DNA of 64,000 nucleotides from the sequence record OQ873415.1; one strand, 5' to 3'. The notes beneath the pieces were generated by a model, which was given only the letters and a program-made list of their open reading frames with translations, was not told the origin of the DNA and searched no databases. Positions 27,871 through 36,622 of the stretch are shown here, piece after piece (the first letter of the stretch is position 1; every line of letters begins with the position of its first letter). The DNA is from Escherichia phage PECP20. Made by a program: the position numbers and the translations under genes.

Positions 27871-28971
27871 TTACGCTGTGAAGATTTTATCCCACATCGC
27901 AACAACTGCATCTCGGTTATACTTCTTCCATACGGCTTCAGCACGTTTAACTCGAGCTTCGTATGTGTCAGTGAATTCTAATACAGCTTTTGTGTAAAGC
28001 GCAACTACTTCTTTCTTAGGAGTAGAGGAATCAATTTCTACACGCACAGTATCTGGGTCATATTCGAATGTCGCGTGCGGATAATCCTTAAAAACTAACT
28101 GAATCACAGGGACACCTTTAGAGATGGCTTCAATAGAACTATTCTCTACCGTACCCGTGTCAGGACACGTATTGATAAGTGCTTTAGCTGTTTTAAGACG
28201 TTCCATGATTTCACTGTGTGGAGCATCAATAATAACAGGATACTTAGCCGGTGGTGCCCATTTACTAGGACAGTATCCTGCACCATTTTCGCCTAGTGCT
28301 TTAATCGCTTCAAGAGCAACATCAGTACGACGCATTTTAGTGTCATAACGTTGTGCACTAATAATCAGATCAGTCGCCGGAAGAACTTCAGGTTTCTCAT
28401 TCAAACAAATAACCGGATAATCTTCGGCTTCAAACAACGGATTTGCTCGCCAATAATCATAATCAATTTTGTCAGTCAGACCTGAAGTCATATAACAATA
28501 TTTGCGTTCAAATTCACGGAAGGCTTTAGTAGGAGCATAACTCTTACCACCGTTCTTATGAATTTGAATAGTCTGGTCCCAAATTTGAACAATACCACGA
28601 GATACCGGTTCAAATGGTGTTGCCATAAAATTCTTATGAACTTTAGAGAGACCTGCGTCTTTAATTGCCTGAACGGTTAGTTTGGTCGGTTCCATTGTAA
28701 CAACGAAATCGTACTCATTAATGCCGGCTAGTTCAACAATCTTACGAGCCATAGTATAACTCATACCTAGACTGAATTTAGTCAGATGACCAACAGGATG
28801 ATGATTAACCTTCCAATCACCAAATGTGTCATTATCAAAACCGATATAATCAATATCGGCACCGATAGAAACTAAATATTTCAACACATTTAAATGTACT
28901 GCTTCAAGACCACCTTGTACACGTTCAGGATTAAATGGGACTGCACGAGATGGGATAAACATAACTTTCAT
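27871..28971 (-). CDS. putative GT-B fold glycosyltransferase (candidate DNA hmC sugar transferase)
   Basis: 366 aa; C-terminal donor-binding motif PDTGTVENSSIEAISKGVPVI matching the E-x7-E / EAxxxGxPVI signature of GT-B (GT4-like) enzymes; occupies the gene 60/mobA slot of T4. Confidence 0.6.
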   Translation of the reverse strand: MKVMFIPSRAVPFNPERVQGGLEAVHLNVLKYLVSIGADIDYIGFDNDTFGDWKVNHHPVGHLTKFSLGMSYTMARKIVELAGINEYDFVVTMEPTKLTVQAIKDAGLSKVHKNFMATPFEPVSRGIVQIWDQTIQIHKNGGKSYAPTKAFREFERKYCYMTSGLTDKIDYDYWRANPLFEAEDYPVICLNEKPEVLPATDLIISAQRYDTKMRRTDVALEAIKALGENGAGYCPSKWAPPAKYPVIIDAPHSEIMERLKTAKALINTCPDTGTVENSSIEAISKGVPVIQLVFKDYPHATFEYDPDTVRVEIDSSTPKKEVVALYTKAVLEFTDTYEARVKRAEAVWKKYNRDAVVAMWDKIFTA

Positions 28972-28997
28972 AATTAAGCCTTATTAAAATTAAAATG

Positions 28998-29015
28998 AAG
29001 CTCCTAAAGGAGCTT
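28998..29015 (-). terminator. Stem-loop overlapping gene 39 stop, followed by U-rich tract
   Basis: Plus text aagctcc-taaa-ggagctt; separates gene 39 from the glycosyltransferase gene. Confidence 0.4.
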
Positions 29016-30831
29016 AGGACATCCATTCTTTACGAAGTTCTGAATCATCACCCAACAACATTTCAAAGAGTTCTTTCCAATTTTCAGGAAGTTTAACTAC
29101 GTCGTACACAGGGTTCTGAATCATTTCACGATACTCTGACTTTTCAAGGGAGCCTAATCCCTTGATGTATCGAATACTATGCTTAGGCAGTGTATCTTTA
29201 ACTTCTTCATACTCAGCTACAGTATAAAACCATTTTTGAGTTTTGCCAATTTGTGCAATAATTACAGGTGTTTTAACAAAGCGAATACGTCCTTGTTCAA
29301 ACAATTCAGGCCAATTACTAAAGAAAGCAAGCAAAGCCGGATAGATACTTCCAAGACCGTCATGATCGGCATCGGTCATAATTGCAATATTACGATAGTT
29401 CGTATTCTCTGCCTTTTCACCAAGAATAAGACCTGTGATAGCACAGATATCGAATAACTCTTTGTTCTTCATCATATCAGCATATGACATACCCCAGCTA
29501 TTCATCACCTTACCACGTAATGGGAATCCACCGTGTAGTTCACGGTCACGAACATCAATGAGATATCCAATTGCCGAATCACCTTCTGTTAAGAACAATG
29601 TCGTATCTGCATCTTTACCACATTGGTTAGCTTTAATATGCTTATGAACCTTAGCTTTAGTTGCCTTTTTAGCTGCTTTAGTTTCTGCAGCCTTTTCTGC
29701 TGCCAATTTACGAGCTAATGCTGCTTCAACAATAGGCATAATCAAGGCTTCGTTTTTAAGAAGTGCCTGGGCAATTTTCTTAGCATCTAATTGGATATGA
29801 TTACGAATATCACCATACGTTGACGTTAAACGTTCTTTAGTCTGAGAATCAAAACGCATGTTGCTCATGTCTCGAATAAACATCAACATTGTGAGGCATT
29901 CTTTAACACGAGCTTTAGTGACTTCAATACCCTTATATTTCTTTTTAATACCTGGCAAAAGATGTTCGCAGATATCATCCATTACACATTCAACATGATG
30001 ACCACCATTTTTAGTATGGATGTTATTCACATAAGTTAAATGACGGAAGCCATCTGGTGATGTTGTGAATGCTATAGAGACTTTATCATTTTCTTGAATG
30101 ATGTTATCTTCACCAAATTGTTTAGCAAATCGTTTAAAATTACCATCGACCTTTTTACCATTAAATGTGAACTTGATATCAGGATAAACGACTGCCAATG
30201 TTTGAAGTCGATCTAAAGTAATATCTAAATAAATTTGAGATAAATTATGCTCTTCAAATGAAGTGAAATCAGGAGTGAAGATTACTTTAGTGCCTTTACC
30301 TTTAGATTTCTTAGAAGACCATGATTTGTTTTCCATTCCGTTTGAACAGTTAACAGTGATTTCATTTTCGCCATCTGACGTGATGCCTGTAAACAACGTA
30401 GAGAAGATATTAGTTAAACTACTCCCGACGCCGTTCATACCACCAGTCTTGCGTTCAGAGTCATCACCAAAGTTACCACCGGCCTTTGGAATAGTCCAGG
30501 CTGCTACAGGCCCAGGAATTTGTTCACCTGTTTGGTCGGTAACTAAACCTTGAGGAATACCACGTCCGTTATCTTCCACCGAAACTTGATTATTTTTAAT
30601 TTGCACATCAATTTTATTTGCAAACTTAAATGATGTACGAATAGCTTCATCAACCGAGTTGTCAATAATCTCATCGATTAATTTAACCAGGCCAGGAACA
30701 TATTCAACTTGTTGATATTTACCAAACAAAAAACGCTCGTGGGCTTCTTTAGCAGAAGAACCAATATACATACCACTACGTTTCTTAATATGTTCTACAT
30801 CTGACAATACCTTAATTTCATTTTTAATCAT
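29014..30831 (-). CDS. 39: DNA topoisomerase II large subunit, unsplit 39+60 fusion
   Basis: 605 aa single ORF; GyrB-like ATPase N-terminus plus TOPRIM/C-terminal region that in T4 is encoded by separate gene 60. Confidence 0.9.
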   Translation of the reverse strand: MIKNEIKVLSDVEHIKKRSGMYIGSSAKEAHERFLFGKYQQVEYVPGLVKLIDEIIDNSVDEAIRTSFKFANKIDVQIKNNQVSVEDNGRGIPQGLVTDQTGEQIPGPVAAWTIPKAGGNFGDDSERKTGGMNGVGSSLTNIFSTLFTGITSDGENEITVNCSNGMENKSWSSKKSKGKGTKVIFTPDFTSFEEHNLSQIYLDITLDRLQTLAVVYPDIKFTFNGKKVDGNFKRFAKQFGEDNIIQENDKVSIAFTTSPDGFRHLTYVNNIHTKNGGHHVECVMDDICEHLLPGIKKKYKGIEVTKARVKECLTMLMFIRDMSNMRFDSQTKERLTSTYGDIRNHIQLDAKKIAQALLKNEALIMPIVEAALARKLAAEKAAETKAAKKATKAKVHKHIKANQCGKDADTTLFLTEGDSAIGYLIDVRDRELHGGFPLRGKVMNSWGMSYADMMKNKELFDICAITGLILGEKAENTNYRNIAIMTDADHDGLGSIYPALLAFFSNWPELFEQGRIRFVKTPVIIAQIGKTQKWFYTVAEYEEVKDTLPKHSIRYIKGLGSLEKSEYREMIQNPVYDVVKLPENWKELFEMLLGDDSELRKEWMS

Positions 30832-30853
30832 GTTGTCTCCTCGTTATGAAGGT

Positions 30854-30880
30854 ATTCTATCATCCGAAATCTAAAGCAAA
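30854..30880 (-). promoter_or_regulatory. Middle (MotA-dependent) promoter for gene 39: MotA box TTTGCTTTA, 12-nt spacer, -10 TAGAAT
   Basis: Minus strand TTTGCTTTAgatttcggatgaTAGAAT; matches (a/t)(a/t)(a/t)TGCTT(t/c)A consensus; ~20 nt upstream of gene 39 ATG. Confidence 0.45.
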
Positions 30881-30882
30881 AA

Positions 30883-30894
30883 GGGCCGAAGCCC
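30883..30894 (-). terminator. Terminator hairpin whose U-tract overlaps the MotA box of the gene 39 middle promoter
   Basis: Minus strand GGGC-UUCG-GCCC followed by UUUUUGCUUUA. Confidence 0.5.
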
Positions 30895-31317
30895 TTATTT
30901 AAATTTAATTTTCTGAAGTGCATCAATTGCAGCCAAACGCCCTTGTTCACTTTTAACCGTAATGACCACATCACCTGATACGATCACTGAACCATCAACA
31001 AATTCTATAGAGCCTTTTTTGAAATCGACAGCTGTATCTGATTCCGGAACTTCTTCAAAGAATTTAAATTCTGCACCATAAATCAGAATATCACCTTGCA
31101 TACTAATGATTGTACGTCCAGGTCCATCGGTTTCAGCGGCAATCATTGAAACACCGTAGCCAATCATCTCTTCTACAATAAAATCTCTTGATAATAAAAC
31201 TGTATGCAGAGTAGTGTTAAGACGTTTACCAGTTGTATTAAGAATTCTCAAGAAATTATCTTCTTGACCTTTGATAATACGATATTTCTTACCAACTTCA
31301 AAACCTTTAAAAGCCAT
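30895..31317 (-). CDS. hypothetical protein (39.1/goF region)
   Basis: 140-aa ORF; terminator hairpin directly after stop. Confidence 0.5.
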   Translation of the reverse strand: MAFKGFEVGKKYRIIKGQEDNFLRILNTTGKRLNTTLHTVLLSRDFIVEEMIGYGVSMIAAETDGPGRTIISMQGDILIYGAEFKFFEEVPESDTAVDFKKGSIEFVDGSVIVSGDVVITVKSEQGRLAAIDALQKIKFK

Positions 31318-31319
31318 AA

Positions 31320-31499
31320 TTATCCCTTCTTAAGTAAGTCGTAAAAACCACCATTCACATGTTTAGGAGCAGAAACCCGACGAGTAGACAGACGATGACA
31401 TTCAGGGCAAACATCGTTTTCTCGTTCAGAAATCCTTTTAATTTTTTCATATTCATGGCCACAATCTTCAGATTGACATTTATAGTCGTATAACGGCAT
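31320..31499 (-). CDS. small zinc-ribbon protein (59 aa)
   Basis: Hand-translated: MPLYDYKCQSEDCGHEYEKIKRISERENDVCPECHRLSTRRVSAPKHVNGGFYDLLKKG; CxxC...CxxC; not in ORF track (below size cut-off). Confidence 0.45.
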   Translation of the reverse strand: MPLYDYKCQSEDCGHEYEKIKRISERENDVCPECHRLSTRRVSAPKHVNGGFYDLLKKG

Positions 31500-31501
31500 T
31501 A

Positions 31502-31924
31502 TTATTCCTTAAAATGTGCTTTCAACATTTGATACAAAGACCATGCCTGGTCGTTATTTTCGATAGTAACTTTCATTACTGGGAATTCTGTGAAATCTTC
31601 TATCTGTTCTTGCTCTTCAGATGCTTGATATGGATTTCCAACTTCATCAAAAAACTCTGCTTCACTAGTAGAGAGCCAGATAAAGTTTTCATCAAGAATA
31701 TCACCACCAGTTGCGTATCCAACCATGCCAGTAGATGTCACAATTTTAGTAGGTCGTCCAAGATGGTCAACATCTAATACTTTAAATGGTTCCATGCCAA
31801 GACGTCGTGCATAAATCCCATTATCAGTGTGGTTTTTAATAAACTCTTCTTGGGCACGTTTATCTTTAAATTGGTACCATGAGTTAACGCGGAATTTATT
31901 AGCCATTAGTAAGTTTCCTTCCAA
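31502..31924 (-). CDS. hypothetical protein
   Basis: 140-aa ORF, coupled to flanking ORFs. Confidence 0.5.
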   Translation of the reverse strand: MEGNLLMANKFRVNSWYQFKDKRAQEEFIKNHTDNGIYARRLGMEPFKVLDVDHLGRPTKIVTSTGMVGYATGGDILDENFIWLSTSEAEFFDEVGNPYQASEEQEQIEDFTEFPVMKVTIENNDQAWSLYQMLKAHFKE

Positions 31925-32178
31925 TAAGTTGTACCGTTTTCAGTGATTTCACGGAAGATACCATAGATAGGCATTTCATCACCGAGTTTTTCGTAAACGT
32001 AAACCACTTCAGTGTAGCATAAAAATTCAGTCCAGTTTTTCTGTACAACAACTAAATCAGGATTAAACAGAACATCTTCAAACTCATCGATGTTTGAATC
32101 AGTAGTTACGTTTTTAATGATTTGACGTTTCATAATATTCTCCTCTTGTTTTGATAGGTCTATAGTATCATAGACCAT
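31906..32178 (-). CDS. hypothetical protein
   Basis: 90-aa ORF with early promoter at 32161-32190. Confidence 0.45.
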   Translation of the reverse strand: MVYDTIDLSKQEENIMKRQIIKNVTTDSNIDEFEDVLFNPDLVVVQKNWTEFLCYTEVVYVYEKLGDEMPIYGIFREITENGTTYWKETY

Positions 32179-32190
32179 AGTTGTTGTACA

Positions 32191-32715
32191 TCATTTTAGC
32201 AAAATAAAATCAACTTGTTCTGCCAATGAACGTCTAAACATTAATTGACAACTTCCGAGGATGAAATCAGGTGCTTCATAGACCGCGATGTAGTATCCTT
32301 TAGCTTTCAAGAGTTCAACATCCACCTGGTCATCAAACCATGCATAAACCGCGTCAACGCTTTCAAATCCAAAATAGAACCCTTGAGCCCAATCTTCACT
32401 CAATTCAAATGTGTACTCAATTCTATGGTATCTTAAGATATTTTGTTCAAGAAGTTTGTCTTCATTTACTGTAGGACGATTAGGGACATTATAGTTGTCG
32501 CCGTGATGGTAGAAGTTACCTGAGATTATTCCATGTTTATCAAGGAACTCCCATGTTTCTTCAGAGTTGTCAGTGCCAGACCAACCGTAAGGTGAGCGTG
32601 GTTCTTTATTCCAAGAGGTTTCCCAAATTCTGACGGCTTTACCGTCTTCGATAGCAATTCCTGGTAATGATTCACGTTGAGTACAAAAACTACGTTCTAC
32701 GCGGTAAACTAACAT
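32191..32715 (-). CDS. hypothetical protein
   Basis: 174-aa ORF, Trp-rich. Confidence 0.5.
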   Translation of the reverse strand: MLVYRVERSFCTQRESLPGIAIEDGKAVRIWETSWNKEPRSPYGWSGTDNSEETWEFLDKHGIISGNFYHHGDNYNVPNRPTVNEDKLLEQNILRYHRIEYTFELSEDWAQGFYFGFESVDAVYAWFDDQVDVELLKAKGYYIAVYEAPDFILGSCQLMFRRSLAEQVDFILLK

Positions 32716-32774
32716 ATTATTCTCCTCTGGTTAATATGGTTATAATATCAAAACCAGAGGAGAAGTAAACAACT

Positions 32775-33194
32775 TTATGCGAAAGCAGCTGGGCTATATT
32801 TTTTAATTTGGAATTCAGGAACTACCATGAACTGTCCAGCGAAAACGATGTTATAAAGCTTAACACCATCTTCTACCCAACGGTCGCTAATAAAACCAGC
32901 AATTTGCTTAGTTTTCCATGGCGTTCCATCAGTTGCCGCAGCAATAGTGAATTCATGGTCTTTTTCAACAGAAACTGATCTGCATAGTCCCCATTTGAAC
33001 GCTTTTTCTTCCGGTTCAATGAATTGGCCTGAGACATAGCCAATGTTACCATCGGCGTCACGAACTTTAACTTCATTACGTCCAAAAACCGGATCGCTCA
33101 CAGAAAGAACTTCAACCAACTTCCCGGCAACTTTAGAGCGAGAAGCAACAGATACATATACGTAATCACCTGTAGAGAGATTTACAATATTCAT
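32775..33194 (-). CDS. hypothetical protein, member 1 of tandem paralogue triplet
   Basis: 139 aa; shares SRSK.AGKLVEV, FKW.LC and GFISD.WVEDG.KLYNIVF.G.F.VV motifs with next ORF. Confidence 0.5.
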   Translation of the reverse strand: MNIVNLSTGDYVYVSVASRSKVAGKLVEVLSVSDPVFGRNEVKVRDADGNIGYVSGQFIEPEEKAFKWGLCRSVSVEKDHEFTIAAATDGTPWKTKQIAGFISDRWVEDGVKLYNIVFAGQFMVVPEFQIKKYSPAAFA

Positions 33195-33203
33195 AATAAT
33201 TCC

Positions 33204-33689
33204 TTAAGCTTTACGAGGAGACACATAGCGAGTGATTTCAGATTCTTTAACAACTCGGAAGTCACCTAAGAATACGATATTGTATAACTTTTCACCATCT
33301 TCTACCCATTGGTCACTAATGAAGCCACACATAGTATCAGTTTTGCTTGGATAACCGTATTCATCGATGAAGTCAAATTCTTTATCAGTCTGGAATTCAA
33401 CACCTTTACACAAGGCCCATTTGAACTGTGCATTAGGCTCTGTGGATTCAACTTTTTCTCTTGAAGCAAAAGCACCACTCACAGGAGTTTCCAAGAACTT
33501 TGCACGAACATAAGCAAATTGGGTTTCCATTGACCCAAGACTAGGAATAATACGAACTTTTACCTCAGAATCTTCATCTTTAACACCTTCTTTAAGTTGA
33601 ATACTTACAACTTCGACCAATTTTCCTGCTGCTTTAGAACGAGATTTGTTAGATACGCGAACGATTTCACCAATAATACCAAGATTCAT
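33204..33689 (-). CDS. hypothetical protein, member 2 of tandem paralogue triplet
   Basis: 161 aa; same motifs as 32775-33194. Confidence 0.5.
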   Translation of the reverse strand: MNLGIIGEIVRVSNKSRSKAAGKLVEVVSIQLKEGVKDEDSEVKVRIIPSLGSMETQFAYVRAKFLETPVSGAFASREKVESTEPNAQFKWALCKGVEFQTDKEFDFIDEYGYPSKTDTMCGFISDQWVEDGEKLYNIVFLGDFRVVKESEITRYVSPRKA

Positions 33690-33750
33690 AATTTTCTCTC
33701 TTTGTTTAAGTTGAATTCATTATACTCCATCCGTCCTTGGATGTACAACA

Positions 33751-34245
33751 TTAATTAAGGATATTAACCACAGCACTACGTGGAACTACACTAAAATCAC
33801 CTGCATGAACAACGTTCAGAAGTTCAACACCGTCTTCAATCCACTGATCAGTCACCCATCCATTTACTGGACCAGCGAATGGGCGTCGAATTGAAACATA
33901 TTTACACAACAAATCGGTAGGCTCAATAGGCTTAATCAGAGTACCGTACATACAAGCGATATCCATATCAATACAGATATCTTTAACGGGTTCTACTTCT
34001 TCAATCAACAGTTCAAAGTCGGTGCTTGGAAGGGCGGTGGTAGAAATTGTACCATATGAATTTTTAATTTCTAAGAATAACCAAGGGCCTTCAACTTGTT
34101 TGATGAAGTTAACAATAGTGAAACTATTACCTTGAGTGGCACCTAAAATTTCGCAAAACTTTTCATAAGCTCGCACTGAAGCACTGTACCAGTTGATTTG
34201 TTTTTCGTCTTTCAGGATATAAGTAGCCGTAGTATTGATATTCAT
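33751..34245 (-). CDS. hypothetical protein, member 3 (divergent) of tandem paralogue triplet
   Basis: 164 aa; shares C-terminal GWVTDQWIEDGVELLNVVHAGDFSVV with the other two. Confidence 0.5.
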   Translation of the reverse strand: MNINTTATYILKDEKQINWYSASVRAYEKFCEILGATQGNSFTIVNFIKQVEGPWLFLEIKNSYGTISTTALPSTDFELLIEEVEPVKDICIDMDIACMYGTLIKPIEPTDLLCKYVSIRRPFAGPVNGWVTDQWIEDGVELLNVVHAGDFSVVPRSAVVNILN

Positions 34246-34276
34246 AATGTTTTTCCTGTTTGGTTAAGATAGAAAG

Positions 34277-34306
34277 ATTATACTCCAACCATCCTTGGTT
34301 GTAAAC
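34277..34306 (-). promoter_or_regulatory. Early promoter upstream of ORF 33751-34245
   Basis: Minus strand GTTTAC ... GTATAAT (plus text attatact ... gtaaac). Confidence 0.45.
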
Positions 34307-34311
34307 TGATT

Positions 34312-34989
34312 TTATCGCTGTTTTACACTTAACGGGTCAGGATTCTCAGGGACATCTTCAAGGCCAAGCGCATAACGCTGAGCATATTTTAACATCAAAA
34401 TATCTTTAGCACAATCATGAACACTATCATGGGCAACGAATCCTTTTAGCGTACCCATTGGTAACGGACACATACTTAATCCTCGCGTCAACGAGTAAGC
34501 TTCGATTGCCGTACGAATATCGCGTTGAGCCCAGAATTTAACCGGTTCTAATTTATCAGTATCAATATCTGGTTCAAGAACACCTTCATCACGATAGAGG
34601 TCACGAATCAAATCGACCAAGATTGGGAAGTCAAAACTCATACCACGGCACCACATTTGTGATTTCCATTGGTCAACTTTATTAGCTCGACAATAATCTA
34701 AAAAGATTTTAATGCCATCAAGCGTAGTGACATCGTCTTCAGATGGGGCCAAGTTTTTACGTGCTTCAGCCGATTGTTCTTTCCACCATTTCATGGTGGA
34801 TTTAGCGAAAACTCGCTTCCCTTTTTGAGAAGCTAAATTAAATTTAATTCGCTTACCTCGTTGAACAAGTTCTTCGAATGATTCAACAACTTCAGGGTCT
34901 GAATTATATGCAATAACCGCAAGGTCAATAACAGCCGCTTTTGATGTATTGCCGAATGTTTCAAAGTCTATAATAACATCAGTGCTCAT
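34312..34989 (-). CDS. dexA: Exonuclease A (DEDDh 3'-5' exonuclease)
   Basis: 225 aa (T4 DexA 227 aa); N-terminal IIDFETFG motif and C-terminal H-x4-D motif. Confidence 0.8.
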   Translation of the reverse strand: MSTDVIIDFETFGNTSKAAVIDLAVIAYNSDPEVVESFEELVQRGKRIKFNLASQKGKRVFAKSTMKWWKEQSAEARKNLAPSEDDVTTLDGIKIFLDYCRANKVDQWKSQMWCRGMSFDFPILVDLIRDLYRDEGVLEPDIDTDKLEPVKFWAQRDIRTAIEAYSLTRGLSMCPLPMGTLKGFVAHDSVHDCAKDILMLKYAQRYALGLEDVPENPDPLSVKQR

Positions 34990-34998
34990 AATTTTCTC

Positions 34999-36312
34999 TC
35001 AAATAAAATGGACGTCAAAACGACCACGAGTTGTGCCGACATACAATAGCTGTTTAGCTAATTCTGAATCGGCATAATGGATACACGGTGTATAAACAAA
35101 GGCCGTGTCAACAGACATACCCTGAGCCTTATGGAAGGTTGATACAGGTAGCGCCTTCACCTTAGTGAACATGCGTTTAGCATCCCAGAATTTACTCCAT
35201 GGAGCTTTACCACCTTTATTCCAGAATTTGTATGTTTCTGCGGTCTTAGCCAAAAACAAATTGAATTTATAAAGCTCTTCTTCGGAAGAAATAACCTTTA
35301 TATCCTCGCGGACGTATTCTTCATCATCCCCATATGTTTCTACTGTAAGATTCCAGTATCGTATCATATATTCGCCTGAAACACCACGTGCTTTAACGAA
35401 TGTAGACGTTTCTACAGCATCTCGAATACGAACGAATTGCCCGTTATTGAAAAGCATTTCGGTCATATTTTTGCCATCTAGCTTATACGTCTTGGTAAAC
35501 GGCTCTTGTAGAACAATGACTTCGTCTTTAATAAATGGCTTTTCTGTTTCAAGAAGTTTTCGGCGAATAATTGAATTTAACTTGTCCACCGACTTATTTG
35601 TGAATGCCATCATTCGATTTTCGAAAAGGTCTTCAGGAGTTTTAACGACATTAAAATAGTTCATCATATACGATTTAAGGTCTGTATATCCATGAACACC
35701 GTGCCCATCAACTACTTTATCATAAATCCATTTGCCATTACGAATATCAGTCGCAACATCAATAATTGGTGCATTGCTACGTTTAACTTCTGTAAGGTTG
35801 CATTGCACGAAGTCTTTGTGAGTGAAGAAAGGACTTAGATACGCAGTGGATTCGCCTGGGTCTACCGGACGAATCTGGCATCGGTCACCAATTCCAATTA
35901 CTGTGCACCATTTAGGGATACTAGCTAACATTATTTTAAACAGAGAACGGTCACACATTGATGCTTCATCAAATAACAGTACACGACACAAGGCTAAGTC
36001 GGGAACCTTTTTCTGTTCAAATAATACGTTTTCTTCGTATGTAGTTGGGTTGATTTTAAGAATGCTATGAATAGTCGATGCTTCTTGACCCGCAAGTTTG
36101 CTTAGAACCTTTTTAGCAGCATGTGTAGGGGCTGCTAAAATAATACCTGATTCTCCGGCAGAAATAAGGGCTTCAACGATGAATCTAGTAAGGGTTGTTT
36201 TACCTGTACCAGCAGGCCCGTTAATAGTTACGTGATGTTTCTTTTCTTTAATAGCTTTCATAACAACGTTGAAGGCGTTTTTCTGGCCTTCGGTCAAATC
36301 ATCAAATGTCAT
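34999..36312 (-). CDS. dda: DNA helicase Dda (SF1B)
   Basis: 437 aa (T4 Dda 439 aa); Walker A GPAGTGKTT, N-terminus MTFDDLTEGQKNAFN. Confidence 0.9.
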   Translation of the reverse strand: MTFDDLTEGQKNAFNVVMKAIKEKKHHVTINGPAGTGKTTLTRFIVEALISAGESGIILAAPTHAAKKVLSKLAGQEASTIHSILKINPTTYEENVLFEQKKVPDLALCRVLLFDEASMCDRSLFKIMLASIPKWCTVIGIGDRCQIRPVDPGESTAYLSPFFTHKDFVQCNLTEVKRSNAPIIDVATDIRNGKWIYDKVVDGHGVHGYTDLKSYMMNYFNVVKTPEDLFENRMMAFTNKSVDKLNSIIRRKLLETEKPFIKDEVIVLQEPFTKTYKLDGKNMTEMLFNNGQFVRIRDAVETSTFVKARGVSGEYMIRYWNLTVETYGDDEEYVREDIKVISSEEELYKFNLFLAKTAETYKFWNKGGKAPWSKFWDAKRMFTKVKALPVSTFHKAQGMSVDTAFVYTPCIHYADSELAKQLLYVGTTRGRFDVHFI

Positions 36313-36620
36313 CGTAAAGTCCCTGCAATTGGAATACTAACAATACGGCCAGTATCTAGAATTCGTTGATACAATCTTTGCGTCTCCGCATCTAGTTTAA
36401 TGTGTTTCATTTCAAGCTTATTAAACCAGAACTTACGCGGAGTTTCGACCATTCTTAGAACTCCCATTTTTAAATCTGTTTTATACTGTGTTTTCAAAGT
36501 ATCGAAAACTTTATCTGCAATATCCTTTCTAAAAAATACTGCAGGACGATGTTCATCAAGTGGAACTGGGACAGTAAATCCTTCCATATCTCGATAAACT
36601 ATTGCATATACATAAACCAT
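36309..36620 (-). CDS. hypothetical protein (dda.1 position)
   Basis: 103-aa ORF, ATGA overlap with dda. Confidence 0.45.
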   Translation of the reverse strand: MVYVYAIVYRDMEGFTVPVPLDEHRPAVFFRKDIADKVFDTLKTQYKTDLKMGVLRMVETPRKFWFNKLEMKHIKLDAETQRLYQRILDTGRIVSIPIAGTLR

Positions 36621-36622
36621 AA

